DNA from: Callorhinchus milii
Taxonomy: Eukaryota
DNA: 64,000 nucleotides
Assembly: GCF_018977255.1 (NCBI RefSeq)
Contig: NW_024704759.1
Span: 7,688,001-7,752,000, forward strand
Direction of reading: 5' to 3'
Of this stretch, positions 12,301 through 27,300 are shown piece after piece (within the stretch, counting starts at the first letter, position 1; every line of letters starts with the position of its first letter). Made by a program: the position numbers and the translations under genes. A model generated the notes under the pieces. That model made no database searches and had not been told where the DNA came from. It worked only from the letters and a program-made list of their open reading frames with translations.

Positions 12301-15300
12301 AGTATATTCACACTGGGATGGCTGGAGCGGATAAACAGTAAGCGCGCTGGAACGCCATTGCAAGCTTGCCTGCTAGCCACGGACAATGGGGTTGTGAAAT
12401 TGCCTTGGGCTAAAATAGTGACACCTGAATTTGTAAGTAAACTCAAAGTATCACCTCCGTGCAATCATATTTCCAGTCAAGCAGCAAAGGATGACTGTGG
12501 GGCTGTGAGGATGACAATGGACGTAGTCGCAGAGAATAACCCTTCGGTTCAAGACGGCGAGACGAAAATGGCTGGGCAGGATGATAAAAGTGTGTTGAGC
12601 AACTTGGCTCCAAAAGACAGTACAAAATATTCGAAGGACCAGTCTGTGAGATTGGAAAACGTCTGGCCGAATCCTTGCAAAGTCTCAGACGAAGATCTGG
12701 AGGGAGATTATGTGGATCTAATGATGTTTTCTAAAGATAATTGCACTGGTCTGATCACACAACCCCTATATAAGAACGGGGGTTCAGTCTCAGCTGTTTC
12801 AGCAAACAGCACGTGGGCATGTGGGAGGACAATAAGGTTTGCTGCAGAGCCTTGTTCACCATGCTTAAGTAGAAGATCAAATCAGGAGTTCAAAAACCAG
12901 GAGATGAAATGCCGTTATCGGGAATCCTATATAGAAGCTCTGCAAAACCCAGTGAACTTTGATTTCAATTTAGCGGCAGAAATGGCAGAAAATTCTCAAG
13001 AGAAAAGGGAAGAGCGTGTGATTGAACAGCAAGACACTTGCAGCTCAAAGGACTTTGTCAGCCACAGGCAATGCCAGGAACCAAAGAATTCCAGCAGATT
13101 TGTTGACACATCAATGAGTAAGTCACCAAAGAAAGGTGAATTATTGGAATATCTTCGTCCACTTCCTACTTCGTTAAAGGAACAGCATCAATCTGCAGCC
13201 AAACTTATCATTTCACCTGCGGTGCCTCAGAAGGGAAATCACATACGTTCACAGTCCTTAATCAACTCCAATCATTTGTTGCATCGCAATGGTGAAAGGT
13301 CAAGTTTGCCTCCTATTGACGTTGGCTCTTCAGCAGAAATGGTACCAATCAGACAAACTCCTCAATGTGCAAAGAAGAGTTTAGTGGCTTGCGTTTCTCC
13401 AAGGTCAATAAGGCGTAGAGCACAACTGAAAGGTAAATATGCTAAAAATTGTTTATCCTAGATACTTTGGTATTCTGGAGGGTAAGATCGAATCAACTAA
13501 AAATATAGAGTTGTTATTGTATATCCTGTGAAGTGCTTTAAGCTGTCCTTCTGACATGAAAGGTGCTGTATCAAATGTAAGAATTATTATAATGTTATTT
13601 CAGATTAGATAACTTCACAGAAGTAGTTTCTAAGTGATTTTCAGTGTTGGGTCAGACAGACCCTAAATACTGCCCCGTTACATTTGAATGGATATTATTT
13701 TTCGTATTTTTCTTTTAAATTTCCCCAAATAACTACTTTCTGCAGGAGGTGGACATCTTGTAAAAATATTTCCTAATTGTCTTGTTAACCATCCCAGTTG
13801 CACCAATGATGATAGGAACTATGCTTGTGTTGTACTACCACATGTGTCCACACTTAATTCATAGGTCAGCATATTTCCTGAGATATTTTGTATTTTGCAG
13901 TCACTTGGAATGGCCACATCAATGTACAATCTATTAGTTTAAAATGATATTCGGTTTATCACAGATTACTGTTCTACCTGTATGCACTTGTGAGTCCCAC
14001 GTTATTTTGATAATAATAATAATAATAATTCTTGCAACTGATATAGCACCTTTTCATGTCTTCGAGACGTCTCAAAGCGCTTCACAGAATATACTGTAAA
14101 GTGAATTGACTGTATTTTGTGGGTGAAAACGCAGCGGCCAATTGTGCACAACAGTGTCTCACAAACAGTCGTGGATTGAGGTACCAATTTATTAATTTTT
14201 TAAAAAAAATTGAAGGAATTATTACCCCCCCAGAAAAGTGATCCACCAATCGACTAACAACCGGGTTCCTTCTTACTGCTAGGTAAACAGAGCCGAGTGG
14301 ATTAAGGAAACTTTCTCCAACATTTCGCTCTGCCGGGAATGTTACCTTTTGATGTCACTTTATGTTCATACCATTTGGTCTTTATGGCCATATCAAAGTG
14401 TTTCCTTCTATAGAATTGAATAACTAAGTAAAAGAGTTAAGAAAAGTCCAGAATTTCATTCCACACGTAACATTGGGTAACATATATTTTAGCAGAAAGC
14501 AATAAGAAAAAGGATATGATGGCCTAGGAGCAAATCAGCTCCATTTTTCCCAAACCCCCACATGCGCATACAAGCACACACATACATAGAAAAGCATTGC
14601 AAGTGTGCACACCGAAACCCATGTATACGCAAACACATACACACACACTCAAGTGCACCCTTGAGTAATAGATAGAAAGAAGATGAAGAATAAATAAGAG
14701 GTTAACACATCCTTTGCCCCAGCTAACTCGATATCATAGATCTATCAGACAGAGCATGATGTTTATGTTCCAAGCATTCCAATGATAAATAATTATAGTT
14801 GCTCTGAGGCAACTCCTGTTAAGCAGATTATAGATTACTATTTATTTTGCTACATATCTGCTCAGTTACAAGCGATTATAACTCTATGGAATGTCACATT
14901 AATAACAAACTGAGTAAATTAGATAGTGCAGAGTGGTTAAGTAAAAACACTGTCCCATTTCACGGTGAAGAGATGCTTTGATTAGATGAGTTCAATGTCT
15001 CTCTTCTCTGAAATTGGATAAGGAACATAACTAAAATGATTCCTCGGAGGTTAATCTATTTCTCAATCAATGAGACTCAAGCCATAAAAGGAGTACAAAC
15101 TGGAAGTGCGGTTATCTTAGCAGTGAGTGGGCAGTGATTAAAAACTGTGAGTTACAGATTTAGTTTGCTTCTGATCTAAGTATGGGGTTTAAACATATTG
15201 CAGGTGGAGGTATAATAATAATAATAGTAATCCTTGCATTTGATACAGCGCCGTATCATGCCATTGAGGTGTTTCAAAGCACTTCACAGAATATGCACAG

Positions 15301-18300
15301 GTATCTCCAGACTAGGAAATAAATCGTGCTAGGGTACAATGTTGTTGTCGTTGCCAATAGTTAGATAAAATTAGACATTCACTTCATGGCTTCTTTGTGG
15401 GACATTGCTGTATGCAAATTTGCTGCTGCATTTGCCCCCAAAGTATCCAATTATTCATAAAAAATGTAAGTTGTCATATAGTCACTGCACTTTACAGTAA
15501 ATCCTGTGATAAATCCTTTTACCAAGACGTTCACCCTGTGTGAAAGGCACAATATAAGTGCAAACTGTGGTTGTTGTAGAAGATCAGTGTTTGCATTGAA
15601 GCTAAGCCTGATCCTGTCCTCACTCAATGGCCACATATGTCTGCTGTCCAGCAGGGATCAATGAAGCTGGAACCATCGCTAATATTTTTCCTATTCTCTC
15701 GCTGTGGCCAATTATCCCATCGATTAGCTCAGAAAAGATCAAAAATCAAACCTGGGGACCTCCTGGTCCATGAGACTCGGTGCCTTATTGGGCAGAGCGT
15801 TTATTTCAGTGAAGCGTCATGGAGAACTATTCCATGTGTGTCACTGAATTCAGCAAATACTTTTTTACCAAGAAGAAGTTTTACCAACCTTTGTGGCTCC
15901 TGATTTTAGGCTATTTTTGGTAGTTGTGGACATGTTATCCCCATTACAGATGCTTCTAAATTCCTATGTCAAACAAGAAGGAATGGGAGTTATTCAAGCT
16001 CTATGGAAACAACTATAAAAATAGTGCTTGATTATTTTCAGTACGGTTGGCATTACATTACCAATAGTGCAACATACACTGGGAGCTCAAGAACACATAC
16101 ACTATCCCTATATAATTGCTGTGCACATGTTTTTGAGACATCTCAAAGGGCTTCACAGGGCATATTGTAAAGTGGATCGACTGTATTTTGTGGGCGAAAT
16201 TTGGCTGCCAATTGTGCAGAGCAGTGTCCACAAACAGTTGTAGATTGAATGACCAAATTTATTTACTTTTCTTTTATTTATTCAAATGAATGTACTTACT
16301 TTTTTTTAACTGAGCCCTGGCTTAAACTGCCCTTCTTATGTATGTCCGTCCTGGTGTTTGCCTTTGTAACTCTGATCCTATGCCCTCTTGTTCTACATCT
16401 TGTTGTACCTGAAAATAAATTGTAGTGCAAATGGCCTTGTAGCCTATGGATTAGGAGGAAAAAACACCAGGCCAGGATTCTGAACGCTGATCATTATCCA
16501 ATGACTGGAGGGAAATGTGTGTGTGTGTGTGGAAGTCATGTGAAAATAGGATCAGTCTTGGCAGCGATGTTCTCTGCACTCAAATATCCTGCTGTTACTC
16601 GTTGTTTGAGCTGGCACATAAAGAAATCTTTAGCAAAAGATATAATGAGGATTCATAACACATATTGGCAGTTTTCCAATGATCTTCTCGCCATCCTGCG
16701 GGTTTTTGGGCTGATGAATGCACTTCTTATACGTGATAAATCCCCAGAGTACTGTCACTGTAGCATTCAGTGATGAAGGTTAAGGAGCGTGTAATAAGCT
16801 CGTCTATTCTCCTCTCTAATATGCACCATTGAACGACAGTGTGGAGGTGGCAGCTAACTGCATGCTGAGTACGGAGGCTGAGCGCACATCAATGCTTGTC
16901 ACGGACGCTTACAAATGTCTTCACAATCCCGAGTCCCCAAAATAACACCCGGTCTTAACCTGTAAGGTATTTTGCCTTAAAATTTAAGGTCGTGCAGAAT
17001 TATGCACAATTCTTAATTTGGAAGCTGGTTTCTTTTTAGGAGTTGTGGTCAATGGCTTTGCAGACTAAGACTGGGTGGATTTTTTTGCTCAGTGTTTCTC
17101 AATAAAATATTAAACGAACCCACCCCAAGATCTGTGAAAATGAGTGAGAAACATTTAAATATTCCTATCGGGGAATATATTAAATGTTCCTAAAGGGACT
17201 GTCAGATCTAAAGACAGGGCTCACTCATAATGCAGAATTTCATTATTCACAAGCAGATCAATGACTTGGATTTATATAAGCGCCCTTCACACGGGATAGT
17301 GTCTCGGAGCACTTTGATTACTGCTGATAATCATCGAAGACACTATGAATGAAAATAAAAAACATTCTCTTTCTTGTTAGCAGTCTCTTTCTGTGCAATA
17401 GCACAAGGGAATAGAACCTTTTTATAACATGGACCTTTGAGTCTAACAGCTCAGAAGTTGTGTTATAAGCAAACTGTGAAGATGACCTTATTTTACTTTT
17501 CGCCAGATTCCTTCTGCTGATGACGGTCTTATCATTGGCCAGTGATAGGTGGTGAGTTTTTGCAGTGCAGCCTGTTGATTTGAACTAGTGTGCTGTTGTA
17601 TTGTATTATTTGTCTTGCGGTGACTGCTGATCCTCCACACATACCATTAGGTGAAGATCTGATGCCCTTTCACTTTCCACACTTTGAACTCAACCATCTC
17701 TCATGAATTGGTTTCCTGCAGTTTTACCTGCAGTTGGTCAGATGCAATACAATTTTACATTTGTATGGCGTGTTTCATGTCAGGAGTACGTCCCAAGATG
17801 CTTTATATTCCTGGCTTGGGGTGGGGGTGGGCGCTAATGGGACAATGGGGGAGCGATGACCAAAAGCAGGGTTAAAGAGGATAATACATGTTTCTTTTTT
17901 TCCCCTCCCTGTAGATTCCAGGCCAGAAATCAGAGTTCGGTCAGAAATCCCCATCTTATTGGGACAAGGAGCTGAAGTTGTCTTGCCAACTGGTGATTTT
18001 CTCTTATCAGAACGTAACCAGAAGAGGTTTTCTTCCCGATTGCTGGATTTTAGCAATGATATTCTCAATTCAAAAGTTGGTTGTTTGCCAGGTAAATCAC
18101 CAGGTTTCAGTTCTGAACAACACACACGTATGACTTCTCCCATCTGTCAATGTCAATCCGCAGAATAAAGTGTTGCATAGAGATTTAAAGGGAATAGCTT
18201 GCTAGGAATGTCTGGCCAGTAAGAGAGACATTGCCAGTCTCAATGCCTCTTTAATTCTCAACCAGTTGAGATCTATCAGAACGTGTCATTTGGCAAATAT

Positions 18301-21300
18301 TGTACATCATTAGCAGATCGAATGTATTGATTGAGGAAAATGTTACAGTGCAATAAAATTTCATTTCAAATAACAGCTGTTTTTTTGTCAGTATCCAAAC
18401 CAAACTGAAAATTCGATGCATCCCATTTGTACATGGAAATTCCAGCGATAGATTGTTGGAGTGGAACGTGCACTCTCTTTCTGGAGGGACATCGTACAAT
18501 CAATTGTTTAATTACATTTTGTTTGGGTCTGTATACCATGTGTCCTTTTTCTTAAAAAAAAACTTTGTTGTGGTGGAAGGATTTTAGAGAACTATATGGT
18601 ATTTATAATACGGTAATAATAATCGATTAGATTTATATATTAAAGATTAAATATATGCCTTAAATAGGTGCTTTACAAAATGTTGATTAGAAATTAAAGT
18701 GAATTTTACTATGTAGTCAAATTGTGCCAGCAAATCCCTTCAACAGCACTCAGATAAATGGAGGGGTAAGTGAGCCAGGATAAGCAGGAGAAAGACTCCA
18801 CAAATCTTTCAAATAGCACCTGCAGTCTCTTTATGTCACCTGAATCACACGGAAAAAGAAGTGCAAACAACAGTCAAAAAAAAATAGATGGTGATGTGAA
18901 AATAAATAATAAACACAGTGAGCAGATAGTGAATAATAATAATAAACATAGCGAACAGTAGAGGGAGTTGTGTGGAGGCGGAGAGGCTGGATTTCTGCAC
19001 TGTGCCCATCTAAAGATTTTTCCCATGACAACAGCGGTGTTCTGAACCGGAAGTCACAGCACTGGCTTTTATCTTTGGCCTGGAAAATTCCCCAAAAGTC
19101 CAACGAAAACTCAAAAAGTATAACAACCTTCAAGGTCATGATTTTTAACCATTTTTCTTAAATGCGAATTCCGAACTTTCAGCCACAAAACAGAAATCAC
19201 AGTACGTGCAATGGCCTCTAGTTTGCAAATTATGGCCCTCATCCCCATTAAACACATCAAGTTTACTGTTTTGTATTCAGTTAATCAGTGCATTGCACAA
19301 ATCCCTTCACTCTCTGGCACCTCTCCGACCTCCTCACTCCCCAATCCACCACCCAGCGCCTCCGCTCGACTGGCACCGACCACCTGCTCGTCCCACCATC
19401 GGTGGTCGTGCTTTCAGCCACTATGCCCCAAAACTCTAGAACATTCTCCCTCAATCCCTCTGCCTTGCCCCCCTCTCTTCCTTTTTTTTAAGACCCTCCT
19501 GAAAAGCTTCCTCCCGCCCACAGCTTAGAGTCAGGCTCTGCCACAGTTGAGCTCTCTGAGACGCTGCCCTGTGTGGAGGGTGCTATATAAGTGCAAGTTG
19601 TTGTCGTACACTACGAATCTTAGTGTGCAAAACTATGTAACTAAAACACTACAACAGATAAGGGAATACTGCAAATATTTGATTGGCTCATATTAGATGT
19701 GTCTTGACTGAAGGAGTGGTCATATATCAGGAAGTTTCCAGCTCATGCACTGTTAATATATATTTCCTATCGAGCTCCACTGAGAGAGCCAACGGTAACA
19801 TGGAGTGAGGTGGATGACTCGTGCACAATGAGCTAACTGAGTGGTATTTTTTTTGTTGATCTTTTCAGGAAGCAGGGATAAGGCAGGGAGAGCTGTGTTG
19901 CAAGTCTGCACCAACAACAGAGTGTGGCAGAAGCCAACCTGCACCATTGCTGACCTCACCAGATTGTTTCTGTATTTCCACAGTGTTCCCAGGTGAGACA
20001 CATTCACCATATTGACCATCATTGTATCAACATTCAGAGTATTGACTCCCACTCTTCCCTTCATTGAGAACAGAAAGGCAGTACTAGCTTGTAGGGAGCA
20101 AACAGATTTTTCATCACGTTGTTAATTAATAATACCTCCATTCCGCCATATCACCTCGAAAAACACTTCACAGAGGTTTCTGTAAAGTGTAGTGACAGCA
20201 TACAGTCAAACCTGTCTTCAACAACCACTCAGGGGACTGGGTCAATGTGGCCTTTATATAAAGGTGGCCTCTGAGTAAGTGTTCAATGGTTCGTGAATGC
20301 ACACTAAAGAGGCTGTTCTGGTGTGGTTGGTAATAAGGGGTAGTTGCTAAATGGAGGTGGTTGCTTGAGCAGGTTGACTGCATTTGCAGGTTAACCTGGC
20401 AGCCGATTTGAACACAGCAATGTCCCACAAACAGCCATGAACTCAGTGATTAATTGTTTTGTCTGAAGCATTGTTGGCCAAGACACCAGAATAAAACTCC
20501 TTTCTCTTTTCAAATAGCACCATGGGATCTTTAACATTCTTGGTTTAGCATCATGGGATATGAGGGATAACAACTCTAATATTGCATAGAATATCAGCCT
20601 GGACTGTAAGTCTCAAAATCCCGATGTGGGGCTTGAACCCACAATTTTCTGACACCGAGACAAAAATGTCTTTGCAAAACAACGTATAACTGATCATCGT
20701 GAGTTGAGAGGGGCTAACGCATTTAAATAAATCATGATGGTGCCTGAGGTTAATTTATTATTGAAGCAAAAAAGCTGACTCCTCTTGTTTGGCTGTCTTG
20801 ATCAGACCAATCTGCAAAACTTTTAGCAACATGCTTTGAGCATAGTTTTGATATTTATGCAAAATAGCTCAGAGTTATTCAAGAAACTCAACAAAGCTTG
20901 GAAATGACACGGGTTCGCACTTGCACTATTGACTTAGGCTCAATGTTTTCAATGGCTTGGATCTGGGTATGAAATGAATTGATTGAGGTCAGGTTAGGGT
21001 GGAACCACCAACTTGTACTCATTCCTAGCACAGCCTTCTAGTCTTCTTTCTTGCATCCAATTCTTAACAAATGCCACACAAAGTGATCTCTGTAAAGGCT
21101 CGGTTGGATTTCCTCAAGGCAAATGATTTAAAATGCACCAAAGTCGGTAAGAAGGCTGAGAAGTGCTTTGTTCTGTAGCTTTTGGCACTTTTGTGGGGGG
21201 TCAGTTAGGTGTCTGACACATGCGGAAACCCATCACCATGTTTAAGAGTATCCAAACCAAGCTGAGGGTTCTATGCATCCCACCTACACATGGAAATCCC

Positions 21301-24300
21301 AGAGATAGATTGTGTTGCCTATTGATACGCTTTCCAACATTCCTCTGTTTCTGTTTTTTTGAAACCATACCACTGTTTGCTATGTTTGACAAAGTTGACT
21401 GTTTAATGCTGACCCCTACTGGTGATAAAAAGCATAATTTACATTGTGATTAAAGAAACACGGCATGCGATCGATATGTAGCTGATATGCAGCGAACGTG
21501 TGTCAAACTGCCGTTTCCACTAGCTCTCACATTGAATCAATGTGAGTTCAACAGTTGTACTCTGTATTCTGTAGAGTACAACTGCCGTTGTTCTGTGCAA
21601 ATTGGGAGGACGGCTCAAAACGCTTCACAAAATACGCAATAAAGTGCAGTGAATGTGTTTTTTGTGGGCAAATCAGCGCTTCACACTGAAGCAGCAGATA
21701 GCAGTATAATGTGGTTGACTTACTTTAAGCTCTCAGGAATTGCATTGTTTGATTTTCATTGTGCATATTTCTTATCACAGGAAGGAGGTTAGGGAACTGG
21801 GGCTGATGGTTGTTGTGGATGCCAGAAGATGCCCACCTCCTCTCGCACTTTATAAGGCTTTTGGGTCAATGCAGGTGAGAATTGTTACGTTCAGCCACGG
21901 ACTTTCATGGAGGTAGAATTCCACCCAGGTGTAGATTTACTACATTAAAGCAGCATTTCTGAACGTCCTGAATTTGGCAAACCGCTGAATTCAGTTTTAA
22001 CTTTCGAAGCGCGTTTTCTGTAGTTGTTGGAAGAAGCTTATAGAAAAATGGCTTCAATATGACAGAACATGTTTAAGAATTTGCCAAATTCTTGATGCTC
22101 TGAAATGCTATGTTAGTAAATTAATTTCTTAATAAATTAATTCATTTTAACTCATTTATCCAAGGTAAAATTCATTAAATGTAAACGGGTACAAGTCAGT
22201 GATCTTAAACAATCCACAATTACATTATGTTACATCTATTCAAGAGAATAGATGGATGAATCAATAGAGCAATAATACTTTAACATTCAAATCCGTGACT
22301 AGTACTAATGAGAATATCCAACATGATGGCAGACTATGATCATCCTCATTATCTCGGGTACAATATGTAATTTGGGACATGACATGTCAAGCGACTGCCA
22401 GGATGGTGGAAGGCGAAATGGATGGACCTAGATTTCTAATAATGGAGAGGTCTTTCAAATCAAATTGCTTTAATTATTTCCAAGATGGGATTTCTAAGGT
22501 CCTCTGGACAATTTGTGGAGTTATTGTATGATATATATAATATATAAAACACAGTCAATTCACTTTACAGAATATTCTGTGATTTGTTTTGAGACGTCTT
22601 GAAGACATGATAAGGCGTTATAGCAAATGCATGGATTATTATTATAAATATATGTATAGATTTGTTATTCATCTGTTTGAACTACTTTGATGTTTCGTTC
22701 TGCAGGAATCTGTCCCTCACTCCATTCACTGTGTCCTAATACTAGTAGATAAAGAGGCATCATTTAAGGTGGAGAAATATCCCGGGACAGTGGTAAGTGT
22801 TAGCTAACCTTTTAGACAATTAGATTGAATCAGGAAGTGGGTTTGCCTTGCTCTGTAACATTGGTTGCAATAAAAATAAAATTGCACCAATTGAATTTAA
22901 ACATTTTCATTGAAACCTCACTAGCTTTTCCCAATCCTGTTTGTGCCTCTTCGGCAATTTCCTCTGCTTTTCCTCACAATTTTGAGGTCTAAATGCTTGG
23001 ATTCCGATAGCATCTCTACTATTGGAGTGATACTTAACCCTTGTGTTATCAATAATAGTTTAAACAATACAATGCAAAATTACATTTGCATAGTGCCTTT
23101 CACACTGTTAAAAACACCATTAAAACACTGACATAACCAATTGGCAGAACGAAGATGAAGGACAGTCAATCCCTAGTGAATTGAAAGTAGTTATGTCTGA
23201 TGTATTTGGGACAGTCTGACCTATATTGTTTGCTATATTCAGATGGAGGTTTTGACATCCTTGAAAGCCCTGCACAAGTTCATCGAGAGCAATCAGCTGA
23301 CAGAGGACCTGGAGGGGACATTTCCTTACAGCCACTCTGACTGGACTCAGTTTCGTATGGTGAGGACAATTTCAGGCCACTGCACTTTAGTTGGTTTAAT
23401 AGAGAATTCCGTATTCATAGATTGGAGTGATCTCCGGCTGTTACATTTACTACACTTACTACCACATGCGTTTATAACAGGAAATTCCAGTATCCAGCAT
23501 TAATTTGTGCCACTTTTAATTGTCTGTCATTTAATGTTGAGGTCTAATAAATATCCTAAACAGCATTAAAGTAAATTGTAAAATGTACCAAGCCCTCTGG
23601 GACGCTATCCTGCATTAGGTGTGCTATATAAATGTACATTTTTGTTGTTGCATTTAATTTGTGTGGGACAGAGAATTGAGCGGAGAGACCAAAAAAAAAT
23701 ACTGCTTGACTTTTGAGCAACCTATTTAGGGTCTGAAATTGCTATTAGTTTTGGAACATCTGTTTATTGTAAAAATATGATTACGTTTTCAGTAATAATG
23801 TATAAATTACAGATCATCTGCTCTCCCATTGATGTAATCCAGGCTCTGAAATAACTTTGCTCCCTGTGATTTACAGTTTTTTCCCCAGTGGAAATTGCTG
23901 TATGGAGGGCCTGCAAGGACTTGAAATTACAGCCCAGCTCACAATGAATCCACACTCCCGTAACATTGGGGTCAGTGTGCTCGCCTTGCAAGCAAGATTC
24001 CCGGGCTGGACTCACTGTACTGCTTGTATGCTGTGGGACTATGCTATGATCCAGTTCTTACCTACCCCGAAATTCACAATCCTACTTAAAGGCCGAGGGG
24101 CCTAAATATTCCCTTGCCTCTGAATGAATGAAAAAACAACATTGCGATACTGCATTTTTGCCACCGGATGACAGGCTTGTGCTGTGTACCATTGTGAAAG
24201 GAGTTTGTGAGAACCATTTAGTTTATACAGAACTGTGTCTCACTGAGTTGCTGGACAAATAAATTGGCTCCACCACCATCAACATGGCTTACCCTGCTCT

Positions 24301-27300
24301 CAGATACTGGTCCCTATGGTTTTAGCTGCTGCCAGGCTTTCAGGATAATTGGTGAGGTGTCCAATAGCATGTTTATTTTTTTCAGCTGTCAGCCCTTCCT
24401 GTGTGCATAGGCATTTTTATGTTTGTAGCATGCCTCTTGGAATCAGAAAGTCTTTCCCTTTAACACAACATCCCTTTTAAATCTTCTTTGAAAGATACTG
24501 CATAGTTCCTGATGTAACTTCCACTACAACTCGTATTTCAGACCAAGGTCATGAATAATTGATACTTGTCCAGCTTGGGACCTTCTACCCCTTAGGAATT
24601 TGGCTTGTGGACATCCCTGCACTTGAAGGTCTACCTTTGATATCCTGCAAACCTGCACAGCTTTACCTGTTCTTGAATAGGTTGCTCATCTTCAAAGGGT
24701 AAAGGGTTGAGTGGATGCCCTGAGTCGGATTCAAAGACCAGACCTTGCAATCTCGAGTGTGCTTTAAATACCTCCTGCTCTCAGCCTGCAGAACCCTTTT
24801 GCCTTAAAATTTGAAATTGTGCAAAATTGTAGAAACATCCTAAAATTTGGATCTGGTTTCTCTTAAGAACCTTCGAAAAATCCCCTTTCTTCTCAATTCA
24901 TTTTTTTCCCTGATTTTTTTGCGCATCTTAAATGTTAAAGCACAAAGCTCTTAAGGCTAAGACCAGTTTGAATTGGGGGCTTCTTTGGCACTGAAGCAAA
25001 CGTGTTTCCCAGAATGGTTTTCTGGGGAAAGTGGCGTGTAAGCATTTTCTGGGTTCGAACAAATCCGTCACGACTTCAAGAACAAATGTTAATCAATTTG
25101 AAAGGAACAGAGCTGGCAAGGGTTCTCTTCCTATTGCAGCCCTAAGCAGAGGGAACAGAATATTGGCACCAATGCAAAGGCCATTCATCGAGTATTCCAT
25201 GCACAATTTCACTGGTTTTACAGACAGATTTCAGTCAAGAGATTCTCAGCTTTTATTTACATGGCAGCTTTCATGTTGGGATGATATCTCAACGTCCTTC
25301 ACAGGATATCCTGTAAAGTGTAGTGTCTGTGCATTTTGTAGGCAAATTTGGCAGCCAATGTGTACACAGGAATGGCCCACAAACACTCCTGAAGTTTGGG
25401 GGATTGTTGGCCAGGACACTGGGAGAAACTCCATAGTGCCATGAGATTGCTAACGCCCACCTGAATAGGCCGACTAAACCTTGGTCTCATGGTCTCATCC
25501 GAAGGATGGCCCTTCTATCAATGCTAAACCTCCAGGTACTGCATTTTAGAAGCAGCCTAAACTGGTTCAAATGTACCAACTTGTGGCTTGAACCCACAAC
25601 CTTCTAACTGGTGAATACTCTGAACTGAACCAGGATGGCAGTTAAATTATTTGTTAGCTTCTCATATCTAAGGTGCAATTTGTGTAAAGATGCTGAACCA
25701 ATTTTGCATGACTGTTGCGTTGAGTAATCTTTACAAAGGATGTTTGTTAAATACAAACTATGTGGTTTATTTTGCAGAAATTGGAGCTGTTCGTTAGAAA
25801 CTGCATAGATGCGTCCAGCCTACTTTTGGAGACCATTAGAACATTTGAATCCACTAAACCTGGTATCAGTGTGCAGGTACAGGTCAAGCAAGGATGAAGG
25901 AGAGAACAGAAAAAGTGGAATAATCTTCAATGACTTTTTTTTAAACGTTTTTGCAAACATTTTTAAATTCAGTCGTAATTTGGAAGACCTTTTTCCCACA
26001 GTTCTCAAAAGAATCGGACTCCAAATTAAAACTTAATTTAAGGATTTTGCATGTTCTTAATAATAATCCTTACATTTTGTAGAGTGCTTTCATGTCGGGA
26101 GGATGTCTTGGAGCATTTTGCAGGATATTCTGTGATTGACTGTATTTTGTAGAAGATAATATTGGGATGGACCAAGTATTTGCATCTATACTGGGAGGAA
26201 TGGTGGTCAATAGATAGATTGGCTCAAAAATTCACCAATTATTCTAGTTGTATGTTGTTTGCTGTAACTTTTATCCTCCTAAGTTTGGAAGAAATACATT
26301 TGTATATTAAAGCGAGACAGATCCAGGTCAGTCTGAATGAGGCAGTGCAGGGTTTTTTTTTGGAGGAAAGTTTACTTTTTATTTTAAAGTTGAAATGTTA
26401 GTTCAATAGCGACTCTCAGTTATGCGTTCAGATGTGATTCCACTAAATTGATCATATCATCTGTCCAGAGGATTTGAGTAGGTGGTTCAAGGCAGCATTA
26501 TGGGGGAAAATGGATAAGCAGTCAGTATCCACCCCTTCACCTGTGAACAATCTTATATGTTTTGGATGAGAATTGATCATCAGATTACATGTTTTTGACC
26601 CTCGCATTGCTGTGTGAGTGACTCCAGTCTGCAGTTTAGCCCCTGATCAGCTGCTCTCCGGAGCCAATGCTACAGGCGACTTTACCAGATTATTATTTTG
26701 TGGTGGTTTCCCTTCTGGAGCTGAAAGTTCTTTGTTTTTTTTTGTTTTGACAGGCAGTCCTTCACTGTATCAGTAACCACAAGATGATGATGAGGCAAGT
26801 CCTACAAGATTCACGTTTGGTTGGTTTGCAGTTGCAAGGTGGAGCAATCCTGTCTCGACTGAAGAGAGAAGAAACTCGGTTTGCCTTCTCTGAGGACTAT
26901 AGGTACGAACCTATCTTTTGGGGAGTCAGCCAAGTGTCCAGAAATTTCCCAGTACCGGGAATGGAATGCACACTCTCTGCCTGGAGGGACATATCTTGCT
27001 TACCTAGTTCCGACATGCATTAGGTACAGGTTGGAGAACTGTATGGCAAGCTTCCTACTACATTGGCTTGTCTCAATATTACATTGTAAAGGTATTGATG
27101 CATTGCCTGAAAGGGTGGTGGAAGCTGATTTGATAACAACTTTTAAGAGAGAAGTAGATAATTATTTGGGGAGGATAAGTTTGCAGGGCTATGGGGAGAG
27201 AGCGGGGGAGAGGAATTGATTTGGATAGCTGTTTTCAAAGAGCCAGCACAATGGGGCGAATGGCCTCCTTCTGTGCTGTATAATTGTATGATTCTATGTA

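Noticed and set aside
16800-16970. CpG-containing segment with ATGs and a gtaag/gtatt donor as an alternative first exon
   Set aside because: The frames hit stops or give the wrong phase for the exon at 17915, so it is unsupported.
18770-18961. 63-aa ORF with an internal NNKHSEQ duplication as an extra exon
   Set aside because: No suitable splice sites, and exons 4 and 5 already join in phase; this is a small intronic tandem duplication.
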